Below are positions 40,259 to 54,100 of a stretch of 64,000 nt of DNA, one piece after another. The notes beneath the pieces are model-generated. The model was not told where the DNA came from and ran no database searches. It worked only from the letters and a program-made list of their open reading frames with translations. The stretch lies in the IMG/VR virus record IMGVR_UViG_3300042387_000948, positions 143,030 through 207,029 of that record. One strand, written 5' to 3'. The translations under genes were made by a program, and so were the position numbers. Numbering within the stretch: position 1 is the stretch's first letter; every line of letters begins with the position of its first letter.

Positions 40259-43200
40259 TTAATTCATGTTTAATCCGGTCACAAATCCATAATAAGATGA
40301 GCCCCCATCAAATGTGTAAAATACTAATATATCCTCACCAGATGAAGTTAAAATTGGAGGTGTACCACCTACCCAATTTACACCACTCCAAGCTAATGAA
40401 TGTGCTCCTGCGTTTACTGCTAATAATGTAAATCCAAATGCTTTTCCAGCAGGTGCATTTGAGAATGATATTGAACCATTTCCAGTAAAAGTTCTCTTAA
40501 AGTTGTTAGCAGTTGATAAATCAATTGATGCACCACTACCACTTCCTAAATCAGAGAAAGTTTCTCTGAAAGTTGTTGATGTTGTAAATCCAGTTGTAGA
40601 TAAACTAGTTGATAGATTTACACCATTTGTTGCAATTATGTTTAAAGATGTGGGTGAAGTCAAATTAGGAGTTCCACCGGTATAAATGTTAAATGCTGAT
40701 GCGGATACGGGTCCAGTTGCTTGAATTGTACCAGTTACAGTTAATGTACTACCATCAAAAGTTAAATTACTTTCAACCCGTCCATTTGGTGCAGTACCAT
40801 CTAATGTGATAACACCATTATCAGTAGTTCCTGTCAATGCTAAGAAACCACTTAAACCAGACGAACCAGATGTTCCAGCTCCAGATGTACCCGATGTTCC
40901 AGAAGTTCCAGATGAACCAAAATTTGTTCCATCTAATCCAGATGAACCAGAAGTTCCAGATGTACCATTTGTACCTTCACCAGATGTTCCAGACGTTCCA
41001 GACGTTCCTGATGTACCACTACTACCAAATAAAGTTCCATCTAAACCAGATGTACCAGACGTTCCCGATGTACCATCTGTTCCAGTTGAACCAGATGTAC
41101 CAGACGTTCCTGATGTACCACTTGTACCAGACGAACCAAAGAATGTTCCATCTAAACCAGAAGTCCCAGAAGTTCCAGAAGTTCCAGATGTGCCATCTGT
41201 CCCAGATGTACCCGAAGTACCACTTGTTCCAGATGTTCCAGACGAACCAAAATATGTACCATCTAAACCAGATGTGCCAGAAGTTCCAGATGTGCCAGAA
41301 GTTCCATCAGTAGCATCAATTCCAGATGTTCCAGATGTACCACTTGTTCCAGAAGTTCCAAAGAAAGTTCCGTCTTGTCCACTTGTACCAGATGTACCCG
41401 ATGTACCAGAAGTTCCATTGGTAGCATCTAAACCAGATGTTCCAGATGTACCAGATGTACCATTTGTTCCAAAAAAAGTTCCATCTTGTCCACTTGTACC
41501 AGATGTACCACTCGTTCCGCTTGTACCATCGGTCCCAACACCAGATGAACCAGAAGTTCCGCTTGTACCAGATGAACCAAAGAATGTACCATCTACACCA
41601 CTTGTACCAGATGTACCACTTTCGCCACTTGTACCAGATGAACCGCTTTCTCCACTTGTACCAGATGAACCGCTTTCTCCACTTGTACCAGATGAGCCAA
41701 AGAATGTTCCATTTAAACCAGAAGTACCGCTTGTACCAGATATACCATCAGTACCACTAACACCAGATGAACCAGAAGTACCGCTTTCTCCACTTGTACC
41801 AGATGAACCAAAGAATGTTCCATCTAAACCAGAAGTACCGCTTGTACCCGATGTACCAGAAGTTCCATCAGTCCCAGAAATACCGTTTGTACCACTTTCT
41901 CCACTTGTCCCACTTGTTCCAGATGAGCCAAACAATGTTCCATCTAAACCAGAAGTACCAGAAGTCCCAGAAGTTCCAGATGTACCATCGGTCCCAGATG
42001 TACCAGAAGTTCCATCAGTACCAGAAGTTCCATCAGTACCGCTAGTACCAGATGTACCACTTTCACCACTTGTTCCGCTTGTTCCAGATGTACCACTTGT
42101 GCCTGAAGTACCAGATGTACCACTTGTGCCTGAAGTACCAGATGAACCAAATAAAGTTCCATCTAATCCACTTGTTCCAGATGTACCAGATGTTCCATCG
42201 GTACCCGAAGTACCAGAAGTTCCATCAATACCGCTTGTACCAGATGTACCTGATATACCTGAAGTACCGCTTGTACCCGAAGTACCAGATGTTCCATCAG
42301 TTCCAGAAGTTCCGCTTGTTCCAGAACTACCATCACTACCACTTGTACCAGATGTTCCGCTTGTACCAGATGAACCTTCAGCCGATGTACCACTACTACC
42401 ACTTGTACCAGATGTTCCATCACTACCACTTGTACCATTTGTACCACTTGTCCCACTTGTACCATCACTTCCAGAAGTTCCGCTTGTTCCGCTTGTTCCA
42501 GAAGTACCACTTGTACCTGATGTACCATCAGTTCCGCTTGTACCCGATGTACCATCAGTTCCGCTTGTACCCGATGTACCATCGATTCCCGAAGTTCCAG
42601 AAGTTCCGCTTGTACCAGATGAACCGCTTGTACCAGATGTACCATCAGTTCCGCTTGTACCAGATGTACCATCCGTACCGCTTGTACCAGATGTACCGCT
42701 TGTACCAGATGTACCATCAGTCCCAACACCAGAAGTTCCAGATGAACCGGAAGTACCATCAGTTCCAGAAGTTCCACTTGTCCCATCTGTTCCAGAAGTA
42801 CCGCTTGTACCAGATGTACCATCCGAACCAGTTGTACCACTACTTCCGCTTGTACCAGATGTACCATCAGTTCCGCTTGTACCAGAAGTACCGCTTGTAC
42901 CAGATGTACCGCTTGTACCAGATGTACCATCCGAACCAGTTGTACCACTACTACCAGAAGTACCGCTTGTTCCATCGGTTCCTGAAGTACCAGAAGTACC
43001 GCTTGTACCGCTTGTACCAGATGTACCGCTTGTACCAGATGTACCGCTTGTACCAGAAGTACCGCTTGTACCAGAAGTACCATTTAACCCAGAAGTTCCC
43101 GATGTACCACTTGTTCCGCTTGTTCCACTTATACCACTTGTTCCAGAAGTACCAGAAGTTCCAGAAGTACCATTTGTACCAGAAGTACCAGAAGTACCAG

Positions 43201-46200
43201 AAGTACCAGATAAACCACCGGAACCAGATGTGCCCGATGTACCAGATGTGCCAGAAGTTCCATCAGAACCATCAGCTCCATCACTACCAGATGTTCCACT
43301 TGTACCAGAAGTACCCCCACTACCTGCACTACCATCTATTCCATCCGAACCTTTTGCTCCAGATGTTCCGCTTGTTCCTGATGAACCAGACGTACCAGAT
43401 GTTCCCGATGTACCATTTAATCCGTTTACACCAGAAGTACCCGAAGTACCAGAAGAACCAGATGTTCCACCACTACCAGCAGTACCAGCAGTTCCATTTG
43501 TACCACTTGTACCGCTTGTTCCACTTGTACCACGTGTGCCACTACTTCCACTTGTTCCAGATGTTGCGGATGTACCTGATGTTCCACTAGTACCAGATGT
43601 TCCGCTTGTACCAGCAGTTCCAGATGTTCCAGATGTTCCCCCACTTCCAGATGTACCAGAAGTTCCAGAAGTTCCAGATGTTCCAGATGTTCCATCCGAA
43701 CCAGTTGTACCACTACTACCGCTTGTTCCAGAAGTACCGTCCGAACCAGTTGTACCACTACTACCGCTTGTTCCAGAAGTTCCAGAAGTTCCGCTTGTAC
43801 CAGATGAACCACTTGAACCGCTACTACCAGATGAACCTGATGAACCACTTGTTCCAGATGTTCCAGATGTTCCAGATGTTCCCGAAGTACCATCAATTCC
43901 ACTTGTTCCCGAAGTACCGCTTGTACCAGATGTTCCGCTTGTTCCAGAAGTACCATCCGTACCATTTGTACCAGAAGTACCAGAAGTACCAGAAGTACCA
44001 GAAGTACCGGCTGCCTGCTGAACATCTCTTGTTTCTAATTTTTTAGTAGTAGGGTCCCAAGTTACAACCAATTGAGAGGCTGATGATGTATAAAATTGTT
44101 GTATATATACACTACCAGTAATATCTAAACTACCAGTTATTACCAAACTACCACTAAATCTTTGATTACCTGAATTTAGTAAGAATGATGATGTATCTAT
44201 ACTTTGTGCATTTAATGCAAATTGTGCAATACTTGCAAATGATGAACTAAATACTGTCATCGATGCAGTTTGTGCATTTGTAATAAATCCTTCCGCAGAT
44301 AATACCCCACCTAATACATGAGATGCGGTTAGTGCGTAAGATGCGGAAACTGCTAATGAAGCAGTACCAACCAACATTGATGCGGTTTGTGCATTTTGTA
44401 CAAAGTTAGCAGTATCAACATTTGATGCGTTTTGTGCAAATAATGCGTAAGAAGCAGTTCTAGCAAACGATGCACTTAATACTGTCATCGATGCGGTTTG
44501 TGAATTTAACACAAATTCACCAGCATTTACCGATGCTGATATTAATGCTTCTAAAGATGCCGTATTTAATCCTATTACACTGCCAGCTATGGTTGCAAAA
44601 TTAGCGTTTACCGCATGTGATGAGGAAAGTACCGTTCCAATTACTCTATCCGCCTGAATTGTACCATTTATTAACGAACCACCACTACCAATTACGATAT
44701 GTCCACTTGTCAATCCACTAAATGTTACTTGAACAGTGTTATTATCGATTGCTAAAATAGATGCAGGAAGAATCATTTCATCTTGCGAACCAGTTCCATA
44801 CACCTGTACCATTGGGTATCTAATATCCAAATTATGTACAATCGTTACCGAACTTGCGTTACTAAATGGTACAGTCTCCGTTAATGAAGTTTCGGGTTGA
44901 GGAATATAGTATCCCCTATTCTCATCATATCTTAAAGTATTGTATTCCGCAGATGCTTCGATACCAGCTCCATTAAATGTATATGTACCATTAAATGAAC
45001 CACTAAAGAATGGAGAATATGCAAAACTTGCGGTTAATTCAGGCGTTGTTATAAAATCAGAATAAGTTCTACCATAGATACTTGCCGATGTATTAACAAC
45101 AAAACCATTATCAGGTGAAATCGATGCCGTAAATGAGCCCGATTTCATTATAAATGTTTCAAATGATAGATTTGCAATGTTGATATTATTCAAACCACTA
45201 CCATCTCCAACAAATCTACTACCACTTTGAACAATAATTGAACCACTTTGAACAATAATTGAACCAGTTACATGCAACGAACCACTTTCAATTGAAGTAT
45301 CGGTATTTATTTCCAATCCTCTGTTTGGAGATATGACAGCTTCAACAGAACCCGATTGAATTCTATCTAATTGAAGGTCTTGTAATGATTCAGCAGGAAT
45401 GTTAAATAACCCACCACCATCTCCAGCAAAAAATGATGCAGTTACCGTTACGTTTACATTTAATTTTTGTGGGTCTAATATAGCTAAAGCAGAGCCGGAA
45501 ACTAGTCTATCCAATTCTAGATTTGTCAATGCTTCAGCTGGAATGTTAAATAGTCCACCACCATCTCCTCTATAAAATGATGCCGATATCGAACCACTTA
45601 ATAATGTACTACCACTAACAACTAAACTAGAACTAAAGTTTGCATTTCTTTGAATTGTTAAAGGTACATTTGATATCAGTCCATTATTTGGTGATATTGA
45701 TGCGGTTGCACTACCACTAGCAATACGAGGTGCATCTCCGGAAATTTCAGCAATTACACCGGTCAATTGAGAACCATCTCCAAAATAAGTTGTTGCTCTT
45801 ACTGAACCACTTACTACAACACTTCCACTAAATGTAGAACCACTTGCTACTGAAGTTACTAAAAATCCAGTATTAGGTGAAACCGAAGCAGTTACCGAAC
45901 CACTTTGAATTCTTGGTGATGCCGCTGCTACTACATTTTGTAATTGAGAACCATCTCCAATAAATGTAAATGCAGCTACCGAACCACTTACAACAGTACT
46001 TCCACTAAGAATTATACCATAACCACTAACTTCCGAACCACTATAATCATTTGATATTACTTTGAATCCATATGCAGGGTCTACTGAAGCAGTTACCGAA
46101 CCTGATGCTATTAATGTTGCTACCAATGCATCAGGTGTTAAAGCTGAACGAGGGATATCAAATAAACCAGCACCACTACCACTAAATACCGATGCAGTTA

Positions 46201-49200
46201 CTACACCAACAACTTTAGTATCACCAACTAATTTTATTTCCGATGGGATATAGATGGCATCTACTACATTAATAGTACCAGCCATTGCAACATTATTCTC
46301 ATTATTGTAATAAAGAGTATCAGGTGCACTACTTGAAACTAAGAACGATATAGTTCCGTTATCTTCACCATTATTAGTTACCCAACTATCATATCCGTTT
46401 TGATTACCAATTGCACTAGCACTATTAATCCAAAATGAATATCCTACCGCATCTACGTTAAAAATATAAGAATTACCTCTTACTAATGTTAAATTTACAT
46501 TTGAACCACTAGCTGCTCCACTAAACCAATATGCAGAACTTCCATCGTTTACTACATCAAATGTATTTGGTAATTCATCCAATGGAGTAGGTCTAGCCGA
46601 TGATGAAACTACAAAACTACCACTAATGGTAGTAAATGTGTTTACAACCAATCCTTTATTTGGTGAAATCGATGCCGTAGCTGAACCACTTGTTATTTTA
46701 TTAGAAATTAGTGCATCAATAGTTAAAGCAGAACGAGGAATATCTGATAATCCGGCCCCACTACCACTAAAAAATCCACTACCGCTTGGTATTGTTATCG
46801 AACCACTTACCGAAATACTACCACTAAAAATTGAACCACTTACTATTGAAGTTACTAATAAACCAGTATTGGGTGCTACTGAAGCAGTTACACTACCACT
46901 AGCAATACGGAATACTTCACTTGCTAATGCTGATTGAGGTATATCAAATAATCCTCTACCACTACCACTAAACATTGATGCGGAAACAGGAAATTCGAAT
47001 GTTGAAAATGTATTAACTACAAATCCATCAACAGGTGAAATAGATGCAGTTGCCGTACCACTAAATATCTTTGTTGAATCAATTGCTAAGTTGGCAAGAG
47101 TAATATTAGAAAGATATCTACCATCTCCAATAAAATATGAAGAACTAGGTACATATAAATTACCACTTACAATAGTATCCCCTATAAATTTAATAGTAGG
47201 GTCAATTTGATATTTTTCTTTTATAATAATTGTACCTGCCATTGAACTATGGAATTGACAATTATAATATAAAATATTAGGAGAACCAGTTGGTGGTGTA
47301 AATGTTATTGTGGCATTTGAAGCTCCATTATTTACTACACCAATATCATATGTATCTAAAGTTCCAGTTGTTTTAGTGGTCTTTATCCAAAAAGGGTGAC
47401 CTGTTGCTGCAATATTAAATGTATATGGTACATTTTGATATAAAACTAAAGTAGGATTTGAACCACTAGCCGCTCCACTAAATACATATTCTCCACTACC
47501 AGCATTTACCACATTAAATGTAGTATCTAATGAAGATGTTGATAATTCCCAACCAGATGATGATACTATTAAACTACCACTAATTGTTGTAATTGCGTTT
47601 ATACCAAATCCAGTCAATGGGTCAGCTGATGCAGTTACACTACCACTTGCTACTCTATATGCTTCGGTTGCTAATGCAGATTGTGGAATATCAAATAATC
47701 CTTTACCACTTCCACTAAAAATGGATGCAGATACAGTATTTGTAAAGAATGCAGGTACATTTACATTAAATCCTTCCGATGGTGAGATTGATGCCGTAGC
47801 ACTTCCACTAAATATCTTTGTTGAATCAATTGCTAAGTTAGCAAGTGTTATGTTTGAAAGGAATCTACCATCTCCAATGAAAAATGAACTACTATTAATA
47901 GTTACACTACCACTTACATCAACGCTTCCACTTATTTTAGTTCCGTTTTCAACCGATTCTACAACAAATCCTCTATCAGGTATTGCGGATGCGGTTACTG
48001 AACCAGATGCTATTCTAAATACTTCTTGTGATAATGCCGATAATGGTAAATCAAATAAACCAGCACCACTACCAGTAAACATAGATGCCGATACCGTATA
48101 TTCAAAATTAGCAGGTACATTTACTATAAATCCGTCAACAGGAGATATAGATGCGGTTGCTGAACCACTTGCTATTTTATTAATTTCAAATGCTAAAGCT
48201 GATTGTGGTATTTCAAACAATCCTTTACCACTACCACTAAAGAATGAACCAGTTGTTATTTGAATACCACCACTTACAAATAAACTTCCACTAAATGTTG
48301 AACCACTTACTACCGAAGTTACTACAAAACCAGTATTTGGTGCTACCGAAGCAGTTACCGAACCTGATTTAATTTCAGTTGATACTAAAGCATCTACCGA
48401 TAATGCCGAACGAGGTATGTCTTTTAAACCAGCACCACTACCACTAAAGAATGAACCAGTTTCAACCTGTATATTACCACTAACAATTAAACTTCCACTA
48501 AATGTACTACCACTTGCTACTGAAGTTACTACAAATCCTTTATTTGGACTAACGGAAGCAATCACACTACCACTTTCTATTAAAGTTGCGGTTAATGCCG
48601 GTATATTAAACAATTGAGAACCATCTCCAATAAAAAATGATGATGATACACTACCACTAACAACCACATTCCCAATAAATGTAGAACCACTTTCTAAAGA
48701 TGTTACAACAAATCCACCATCAGGTGACACCGATGCTGTCACAGAACCAGATTTAATTTCAGTTGTTAGTAAAGCATCAAATGTTAATGCTGAACGAGGT
48801 ATATCGGTTAAACCAGCACCACTACCACTAAAAAATCCACTACCGGTGGGTATTACTATATTTCCACTAACAATTAAGCTTCCGCTAAATGTAGAACCAC
48901 TATCTATTGAAGTTACTAAAAATCCGGTATCAGGTGAAACCGAAGCAGTTACTGAACCTGATTTTATTTCGGTTGATATTAATGCATCCTGTGTTAATGC
49001 TGAACGAGGTATATCAAACAATCTAGCTCCACTACCACTAAATGATGAACCAGAACTTAATTCAATTCCACCACTTACAAATAATGAACCAGTAAATTGA
49101 GAACCACTTTCTAATGATTGAACCACAAATCCCGTATCAGGACTTACCGATGCAGTTACACTACCACTTGCAATTCTACTAGCATCACCAGATAGATTTG

Positions 49201-50227
49201 AAATAGGAATATCAAATAATCCTCTACCACTACCACTAAACATTGATGCTGATACTGAATATTCAAAGAATGCGGGTACATTTACCAACAATCCAGTACT
49301 ATCTTGAATTGATGCAGTTGCCGAACCACTAGCAATTCTATTCGAAGTTAATGCATCCGGTGTTAAAGCAGAACGAGGTATGTCAAATAAACCAGCACCA
49401 CTACCAGTAAACATTGATGCAGATACCGAATATTCAAAATTAGCAAATGTGTTTACTACCAAACCAGTATTTGGTGCAATTGAAGCAGTTGTAGAACCAC
49501 TTGCTATTAAAGTTGCGGTTAATGCTGGTATATTTGTTAGTCCACTACCATCTCCAAAAAATGAACCACTAAATGAACCAGTAAATGAACCAGTTGCAAT
49601 TACACTTCCTATAAATGAACCACTAAATGAACCAGTTGCACTATTTACCGTTAAAATATCTCTAATTCCAACCGAACCTGTTAGTTGTTGGTTATCAAAC
49701 CCACTATCTCCAAATATGTTAGAACCTGATGAATAAATTATTGATGATGATATATACGTTACTATAAGAGATTCCGCATATATTGATTTTGATACATATA
49801 AATTACCTTCAATTGATGTATTACCTTGAATTATTGCATTAGTATTTACAACTAATGAAGTACCATCAAATGATGCAGTTTGCGAACCACTTGCAATAAA
49901 TGGTGCAACTACGGATGGTACGTTTACTAAACCACTACCATCTCCTACAAAATTTCCTAAAAATGAACCACTAAATGAACCAGAAAGGTCAGCAATACCT
50001 TTAAATGAAGATGTTATTTCATTTAATACAATTTTTTGTGCAAATCCTCTATTACCCTCACTATCCGTAATTAAAATAGCCGGATTGGATTCTAAAGATG
50101 CCGAAAATGAAGGAACACCAAAGTTTGGTTCAACTTGGGATAAATCTACAAATTCGTATCTATCTGATGTTACATTTTTAGGTCCTTTTAATCGAACTCT
50201 ACCACTTAATAGGTTGCTTATTGCCAT
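40259..50227 (-). CDS. Giant fibre-like virion protein (3322 aa)
   Basis: Many [10 protein letters not shown]...[12 protein letters not shown] repeats, two cupredoxin-like domains, about 1050 aa of Gly-X-Y, and a C-terminal IDLSTANNF...W..V.W.GG.PP.LT...DIL.F.T.DGG domain. Confidence 0.8.
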   Translation of the reverse strand: MAISNLLSGRVRLKGPKNVTSDRYEFVDLSQVEPNFGVPSFSASLESNPAILITDSEGNRGFAQKIVLNEITSSFKGIADLSGSFSGSFLGNFVGDGSGLVNVPSVVAPFIASGSQTASFDGTSLVVNTNAIIQGNTSIEGNLYVSKSIYAESLIVTYISSSIIYSSGSNIFGDSGFDNQQLTGSVGIRDILTVNSATGSFSGSFIGSVIATGSFTGSFSGSFFGDGSGLTNIPALTATLIASGSTTASIAPNTGLVVNTFANFEYSVSASMFTGSGAGLFDIPRSALTPDALTSNRIASGSATASIQDSTGLLVNVPAFFEYSVSASMFSGSGRGLFDIPISNLSGDASRIASGSVTASVSPDTGFVVQSLESGSQFTGSLFVSGGIELSSGSSFSGSGARLFDIPRSALTQDALISTEIKSGSVTASVSPDTGFLVTSIDSGSTFSGSLIVSGNIVIPTGSGFFSGSGAGLTDIPRSALTFDALLTTEIKSGSVTASVSPDGGFVVTSLESGSTFIGNVVVSGSVSSSFFIGDGSQLFNIPALTATLIESGSVIASVSPNKGFVVTSVASGSTFSGSLIVSGNIQVETGSFFSGSGAGLKDIPRSALSVDALVSTEIKSGSVTASVAPNTGFVVTSVVSGSTFSGSLFVSGGIQITTGSFFSGSGKGLFEIPQSALAFEINKIASGSATASISPVDGFIVNVPANFEYTVSASMFTGSGAGLFDLPLSALSQEVFRIASGSVTASAIPDRGFVVESVENGTKISGSVDVSGSVTINSSSFFIGDGRFLSNITLANLAIDSTKIFSGSATASISPSEGFNVNVPAFFTNTVSASIFSGSGKGLFDIPQSALATEAYRVASGSVTASADPLTGFGINAITTISGSLIVSSSGWELSTSSLDTTFNVVNAGSGEYVFSGAASGSNPTLVLYQNVPYTFNIAATGHPFWIKTTKTTGTLDTYDIGVVNNGASNATITFTPPTGSPNILYYNCQFHSSMAGTIIIKEKYQIDPTIKFIGDTIVSGNLYVPSSSYFIGDGRYLSNITLANLAIDSTKIFSGTATASISPVDGFVVNTFSTFEFPVSASMFSGSGRGLFDIPQSALASEVFRIASGSVTASVAPNTGLLVTSIVSGSIFSGSISVSGSITIPSGSGFFSGSGAGLSDIPRSALTIDALISNKITSGSATASISPNKGLVVNTFTTISGSFVVSSSARPTPLDELPNTFDVVNDGSSAYWFSGAASGSNVNLTLVRGNSYIFNVDAVGYSFWINSASAIGNQNGYDSWVTNNGEDNGTISFLVSSSAPDTLYYNNENNVAMAGTINVVDAIYIPSEIKLVGDTKVVGVVTASVFSGSGAGLFDIPRSALTPDALVATLIASGSVTASVDPAYGFKVISNDYSGSEVSGYGIILSGSTVVSGSVAAFTFIGDGSQLQNVVAAASPRIQSGSVTASVSPNTGFLVTSVASGSTFSGSVVVSGSVRATTYFGDGSQLTGVIAEISGDAPRIASGSATASISPNNGLISNVPLTIQRNANFSSSLVVSGSTLLSGSISASFYRGDGGGLFNIPAEALTNLELDRLVSGSALAILDPQKLNVNVTVTASFFAGDGGGLFNIPAESLQDLQLDRIQSGSVEAVISPNRGLEINTDTSIESGSLHVTGSIIVQSGSIIVQSGSRFVGDGSGLNNINIANLSFETFIMKSGSFTASISPDNGFVVNTSASIYGRTYSDFITTPELTASFAYSPFFSGSFNGTYTFNGAGIEASAEYNTLRYDENRGYYIPQPETSLTETVPFSNASSVTIVHNLDIRYPMVQVYGTGSQDEMILPASILAIDNNTVQVTFSGLTSGHIVIGSGGSLINGTIQADRVIGTVLSSSHAVNANFATIAGSVIGLNTASLEALISASVNAGEFVLNSQTASMTVLSASFARTASYALFAQNASNVDTANFVQNAQTASMLVGTASLAVSASYALTASHVLGGVLSAEGFITNAQTASMTVFSSSFASIAQFALNAQSIDTSSFLLNSGNQRFSGSLVITGSLDITGSVYIQQFYTSSASQLVVTWDPTTKKLETRDVQQAAGTSGTSGTSGTSGTNGTDGTSGTSGTSGTSGTSGTSGIDGTSGTSGTSGTSGTSGSSGSSGSSGSSGSSGTSGTSGTSGTSGSSGTTGSDGTSGTSGSSGTTGSDGTSGTSGTSGTSGTSGSGGTSGTSGTAGTSGTSGTSGTSGTSATSGTSGSSGTRGTSGTSGTSGTNGTAGTAGSGGTSGSSGTSGTSGVNGLNGTSGTSGTSGSSGTSGTSGAKGSDGIDGSAGSGGTSGTSGTSGSDGADGSDGTSGTSGTSGTSGSGGLSGTSGTSGTSGTNGTSGTSGTSGTSGISGTSGTSGTSGTSGLNGTSGTSGTSGTSGTSGTSGTSGTSGTSGTSGTSGTDGTSGTSGSSGTTGSDGTSGTSGTSGTSGTSGTSGTDGTSGTSGSSGTTGSDGTSGTSGTSGTDGTSGTSGTDGTSGSSGTSGVGTDGTSGTSGTSGTSGTDGTSGTSGTDGTSGTSGSSGTSGTSGTSGIDGTSGTSGTDGTSGTSGTDGTSGTSGTSGTSGTSGTSGSDGTSGTSGTNGTSGSDGTSGTSGSSGTSAEGSSGTSGTSGTSGSDGSSGTSGTSGTDGTSGTSGTSGTSGISGTSGTSGIDGTSGTSGTDGTSGTSGTSGLDGTLFGSSGTSGTSGTSGTSGTSGTSGTSGTSGESGTSGTSGTDGTSGTDGTSGTSGTDGTSGTSGTSGTSGLDGTLFGSSGTSGTSGESGTNGISGTDGTSGTSGTSGTSGLDGTFFGSSGTSGESGTSGSSGVSGTDGISGTSGTSGLNGTFFGSSGTSGESGSSGTSGESGSSGTSGESGTSGTSGVDGTFFGSSGTSGTSGSSGVGTDGTSGTSGTSGTSGQDGTFFGTNGTSGTSGTSGLDATNGTSGTSGTSGTSGQDGTFFGTSGTSGTSGTSGIDATDGTSGTSGTSGTSGLDGTYFGSSGTSGTSGTSGTSGTDGTSGTSGTSGTSGLDGTFFGSSGTSGTSGTSGTSGSTGTDGTSGTSGTSGLDGTLFGSSGTSGTSGTSGTSGEGTNGTSGTSGSSGLDGTNFGSSGTSGTSGTSGAGTSGSSGLSGFLALTGTTDNGVITLDGTAPNGRVESNLTFDGSTLTVTGTIQATGPVSASAFNIYTGGTPNLTSPTSLNIIATNGVNLSTSLSTTGFTTSTTFRETFSDLGSGSGASIDLSTANNFKRTFTGNGSISFSNAPAGKAFGFTLLAVNAGAHSLAWSGVNWVGGTPPILTSSGEDILVFYTFDGGSSYYGFVTGLNMN
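40845..44010 (-). repeat. About 3.1 kb (Gly-Thr-Ser)n tract with periodic GTxFG interruptions
   Basis: Directly visible in DNA and in translation. Confidence 0.95.
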
Positions 50228-50291
50228 TAGTACTTTCTAGCTTTGATATAAATATTCAATTACATATAAATATAATTGAAAAATATAATCG

Positions 50292-51164
50292 TTATTCGTT
50301 TGCACTCTCTAATAAAGAAAGAATTACACTTAATTGAGTTGAGCCAGAAACTATAAAACCATATGTTTCTTCCAATACCAACTTACCAGAAACTACCGGT
50401 GATAGTGAATCAGCAGGAGGTATTAAAACATTAGTAACTAATTGTATTGGGGGTTGTGCAACTAATGTAGGATTTTCAATTGTATTTATAACAACATCGG
50501 TAAACCTTTCTAATAAATAAGATGAACCACTAAGTTCTAAATCAGTTGGTGTAATTGATGTGTTAAACGATTGAGTAACTGTATTTTGATATATTGTATC
50601 AACTAATGTTGAACCAGTTATTGATTGATTTTTAATAACTTGTTGAGCCAATATATTTGCATATTCTATTGTAAGTAAAGATGCGCTATATTCGGTAGAA
50701 TCAATTACACTAACACCATTTTTTGTAAAGAATGATTTTGCGTATTTATCTGTTCTAATTGTTGTATTATTTTTTATATCATATGCAAATGCATCAACTT
50801 GGTCCAAAGCATATCCTTCAAATAAAGATGATACAAATGTAAATGGAGTTTCGGATAAACCATTTTGATTTTGAATATATGCAGCTGTTTCTTTTCTTAT
50901 AAATTGTCTGTTAAGTGTTAATAAAGCAGATGCTGATACATAACTTCCAGTTGCTTCAATTCCAGCAAAATTTGGTGCAGGTAATTCTTTATTTGATGTT
51001 ACAAAAATAGTTACAGGTTGATTTGAAACACTATTGTTTGTAATTTGACAAGATAGTACAATTGATGAAACTCCAGCGGGAGTTGCATATATTTCATCTT
51101 GCTCACCAGTCAGAGTTGCTACTACGGACTGGAATCTATTTAAGGGTACAAAAACTTCTGCCAT
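50292..51164 (-). CDS. Connector protein paralogous to 38191..38523, with an inserted helical repeat
   Basis: IYATPAGVSSIVLSCQITN and GKLVLEE...ILSLLE ends flank one degenerate copy of the repeat from the 3067-aa protein. Confidence 0.65.
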   Translation of the reverse strand: MAEVFVPLNRFQSVVATLTGEQDEIYATPAGVSSIVLSCQITNNSVSNQPVTIFVTSNKELPAPNFAGIEATGSYVSASALLTLNRQFIRKETAAYIQNQNGLSETPFTFVSSLFEGYALDQVDAFAYDIKNNTTIRTDKYAKSFFTKNGVSVIDSTEYSASLLTIEYANILAQQVIKNQSITGSTLVDTIYQNTVTQSFNTSITPTDLELSGSSYLLERFTDVVINTIENPTLVAQPPIQLVTNVLIPPADSLSPVVSGKLVLEETYGFIVSGSTQLSVILSLLESANE

Positions 51165-51189
51165 TTCTTTTTATTTTTATTTCTTTTTT

Positions 51190-54100
51190 TTAAATTTGTA
51201 GTGCCAATGAGAACGGAGTTACTAATGAGAACAATGATTTACTAAATGTTCTACCAACCAAAGTTCCAGTAGCTTGATTGATACTTAAACCAGTACCAAT
51301 TCTAAAGTCACCATCCTGATTTCCAGAGGTAAAGAATATTCTACCACCACCTAATTCAGTAATTTCAAATATTGGATTTGGAACACCACTACCACCCTGA
51401 TTTGGGGGAAGTGCTTTAAATGTAACACCACTACCATTGTAAGAGTAGTCAATACCAGTTGCCACAATTAGTGAACCAAATGATTCCAAAGGTGCACCTG
51501 CTGCTATAAACTCTGCTCTAGTTCTTAAATATCTATTTGTTTCCAAAGTTTCCAATAATTGGTCTCTAGTCACAGCTATTGCACTTCCATATTGACCATC
51601 ATAGTATGATGATGCTGCTCTGATTCCTCTTTCGTTTCCACCATATAATAAATCAGTTACAGCCGCATCTACAATAAATCCAGTATCACGCGAACAACTT
51701 GCCTCATTATATACTAAATATGGAAAAGCTCCATTTGTGTATCCAATTGCTCTTTGTTTTAATTCTTCTTTACCACCTTTTAATCTTTCAGCTGCTTGTC
51801 TTCTTAATGTAGTTGGTGCTAAGTAAGTTAATAGCGTATTTGCTACTATTTTTTCAGAAAGTCCTCTTGCGAAGTTTATACCATCTACCGTTTGTTTTTT
51901 CTGTCCGTTATTATCACCATAACTTTCCAAAATTGCTACTGATGGGAATTTATAGTAGTAAGAACCTGCCTCAATACTTCTTTCATTACCACCATAAACT
52001 AAATCCGTTCTAATTGCATCTATAATAAATCCTAAATCTCTAGAACAACTCACTTCATTGTATTTTAAACCACTCCAAGATGCAGATAAGAACGTTATAG
52101 TTTCTTTTTGTATTAATTGTTTGTTATCTGTCAATAATTTTGCGGTTGTCAATAATGATGCCGATGGTACTAAATATGTTGGGTTAGTTATTACCTTTTT
52201 AGATACCCTTCCGGCATATCTGATACCAGTAAGTGTTGGGTCTGATTGATTTTGTGTAGATGGAACTCCCTTATTAGTTGCATTCGATGGATATAAGTAA
52301 TAATACTGCCCAGCTATCACACTTCTTTCAGTTCCACCATATAATACATCCGTTGCTGCCGCATCTATTAAGTATCCAACATCTCTTTTACAAGTTGCTT
52401 CGTTATAATATACACTACTCCAAGAAGAAGATACATATGCGATAGTTTCTTCTGCTATAAATGCTTTATTCTTTCTTAATAAATCAAATGATGCAGATGC
52501 CTCTAATGAAGCTGTTACAAATGTAGTACCACTTACAATTTTTTGTGCTATTCTACTTGCGTAATTTATACCATCAATTGTTTGTCCTAATTGTCCTACA
52601 CCATCACCATCTCCCAATAAGATTGCTTTTGATGGATATTTGTAATAGAAATCACCAGCTACTACACTTCTTTCGTTTCCTCCGTATAATAAATCAGTAG
52701 TTGCTGCATCTAATATGTATCCTAAATCTCTAGCACATTTTATCTTATCATATTCAAAATTACTCCAACTTGCAGTTAAGTAAGCCATACTTTCACTTAC
52801 AATAAATGTTCTATTGTTTCTTAATAATGCTACGGATGATGAAACAACCAATGAAGCAGTATTGAATGAAAGATTTTGAACTAATTTAGTTGCTAAACCT
52901 TTTGCGTAATCAATTGCGGTTACAGTTGGGTCTAATTGAGAACCAGTTACTTTTGATGGAGCCTCCCAATATGCAATTCCAGCTAAAGAACTACTATGAT
53001 TTCCACCATAAAGAATATCACCAGCTACTGCCTCAACAATATATCTAATATCTCTAGAACAAGTTGTTGAATTGTACTCAAATCCACTCCAAGAAGATGA
53101 TAAGAATGATATACTCTCACTTTGGATAAATCCTATGTTTTGAGTTAATAAATCGTATGCAGCAATCTTTGATAAATCGTTTGATGGAGTTAAACCAGTA
53201 GATTGAGATACAGGTGTAGGTATCAACCAATTGTTTATAGAAGCAGATACTAATCTAGCTGCGTATTTGATTCCATCTATTGTTTCAGTTAATTGAGTAT
53301 CAGTAGCCTCCGATGGATATAAGTAATAGAACTCACCAGCTTTAGAACTTCTCTCATTTCCACCATATAATAAATCAGTTGAAACTGCATCTAAGATATA
53401 TCCAACATCTCTCTTACAAGTTTCTTCATTGTAATAGAAATCAGGGTATTTAGCGTTTATATATGCAACACTTTCACTTTGGATAAACTTCTTATTACTT
53501 CTGATTGAATCATATGCAATTGATGAAGTTACATAGAATTGTGCATTCTTAATTACATTCAATGCCAATCCTTTTGCATATCTAACACCAGTTAAAGTTG
53601 GTTCTAATTGAGAATCGGTAGCTTGAGATGGGAAATCATAATAATATTTTCCAGCTATAATACTTCTTTCATTTCCACCATATAATAAATCAGTTCTTAC
53701 CGCATCTACTATGTATCCAATATCTCTAGCACACTTAATTTCATCATATCCAAACTCACTCCAAGAAGAACTTACATAAGCTATACTTTCACTTTGAATA
53801 AATCCTTTATTTTTAGTTAGTGCTACATAAGATGCCGAAATAGTTGCTGATGCTGATATGTGAGTTAATACAATATTTTGTACAACCTTCTCAGCCACAC
53901 CACTTGCGTATTTGATTGCGGTAATTGTTTGGTCTAATTGTGAACCGGTAGCCTGTGATGGGAAATCAAAATAGAACTTACCATTAAACAACGATGCCGA
54001 ATTACCACCATATAAAAGGTCAAATGCAGAACCACTAAGGATTCCTGTCAAATCTCTCTCACACTTACTTTGAGTATATGCAAATCCACTCCAAGATGAA

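Noticed and set aside
40845-44010. Possible CRISPR array or non-coding satellite
   Set aside because: 9-bp degenerate coding periodicity with synonymous variation; no constant repeat with unique spacers
40806-44046. Long plus-strand ORFs (1071 aa VPDVPE-rich, 512 aa MYQ-rich) and alternative-frame minus ORFs
   Set aside because: Shadows of the (Gly-Thr-Ser)n codons, which cannot generate stops in those frames; no promoter or start context
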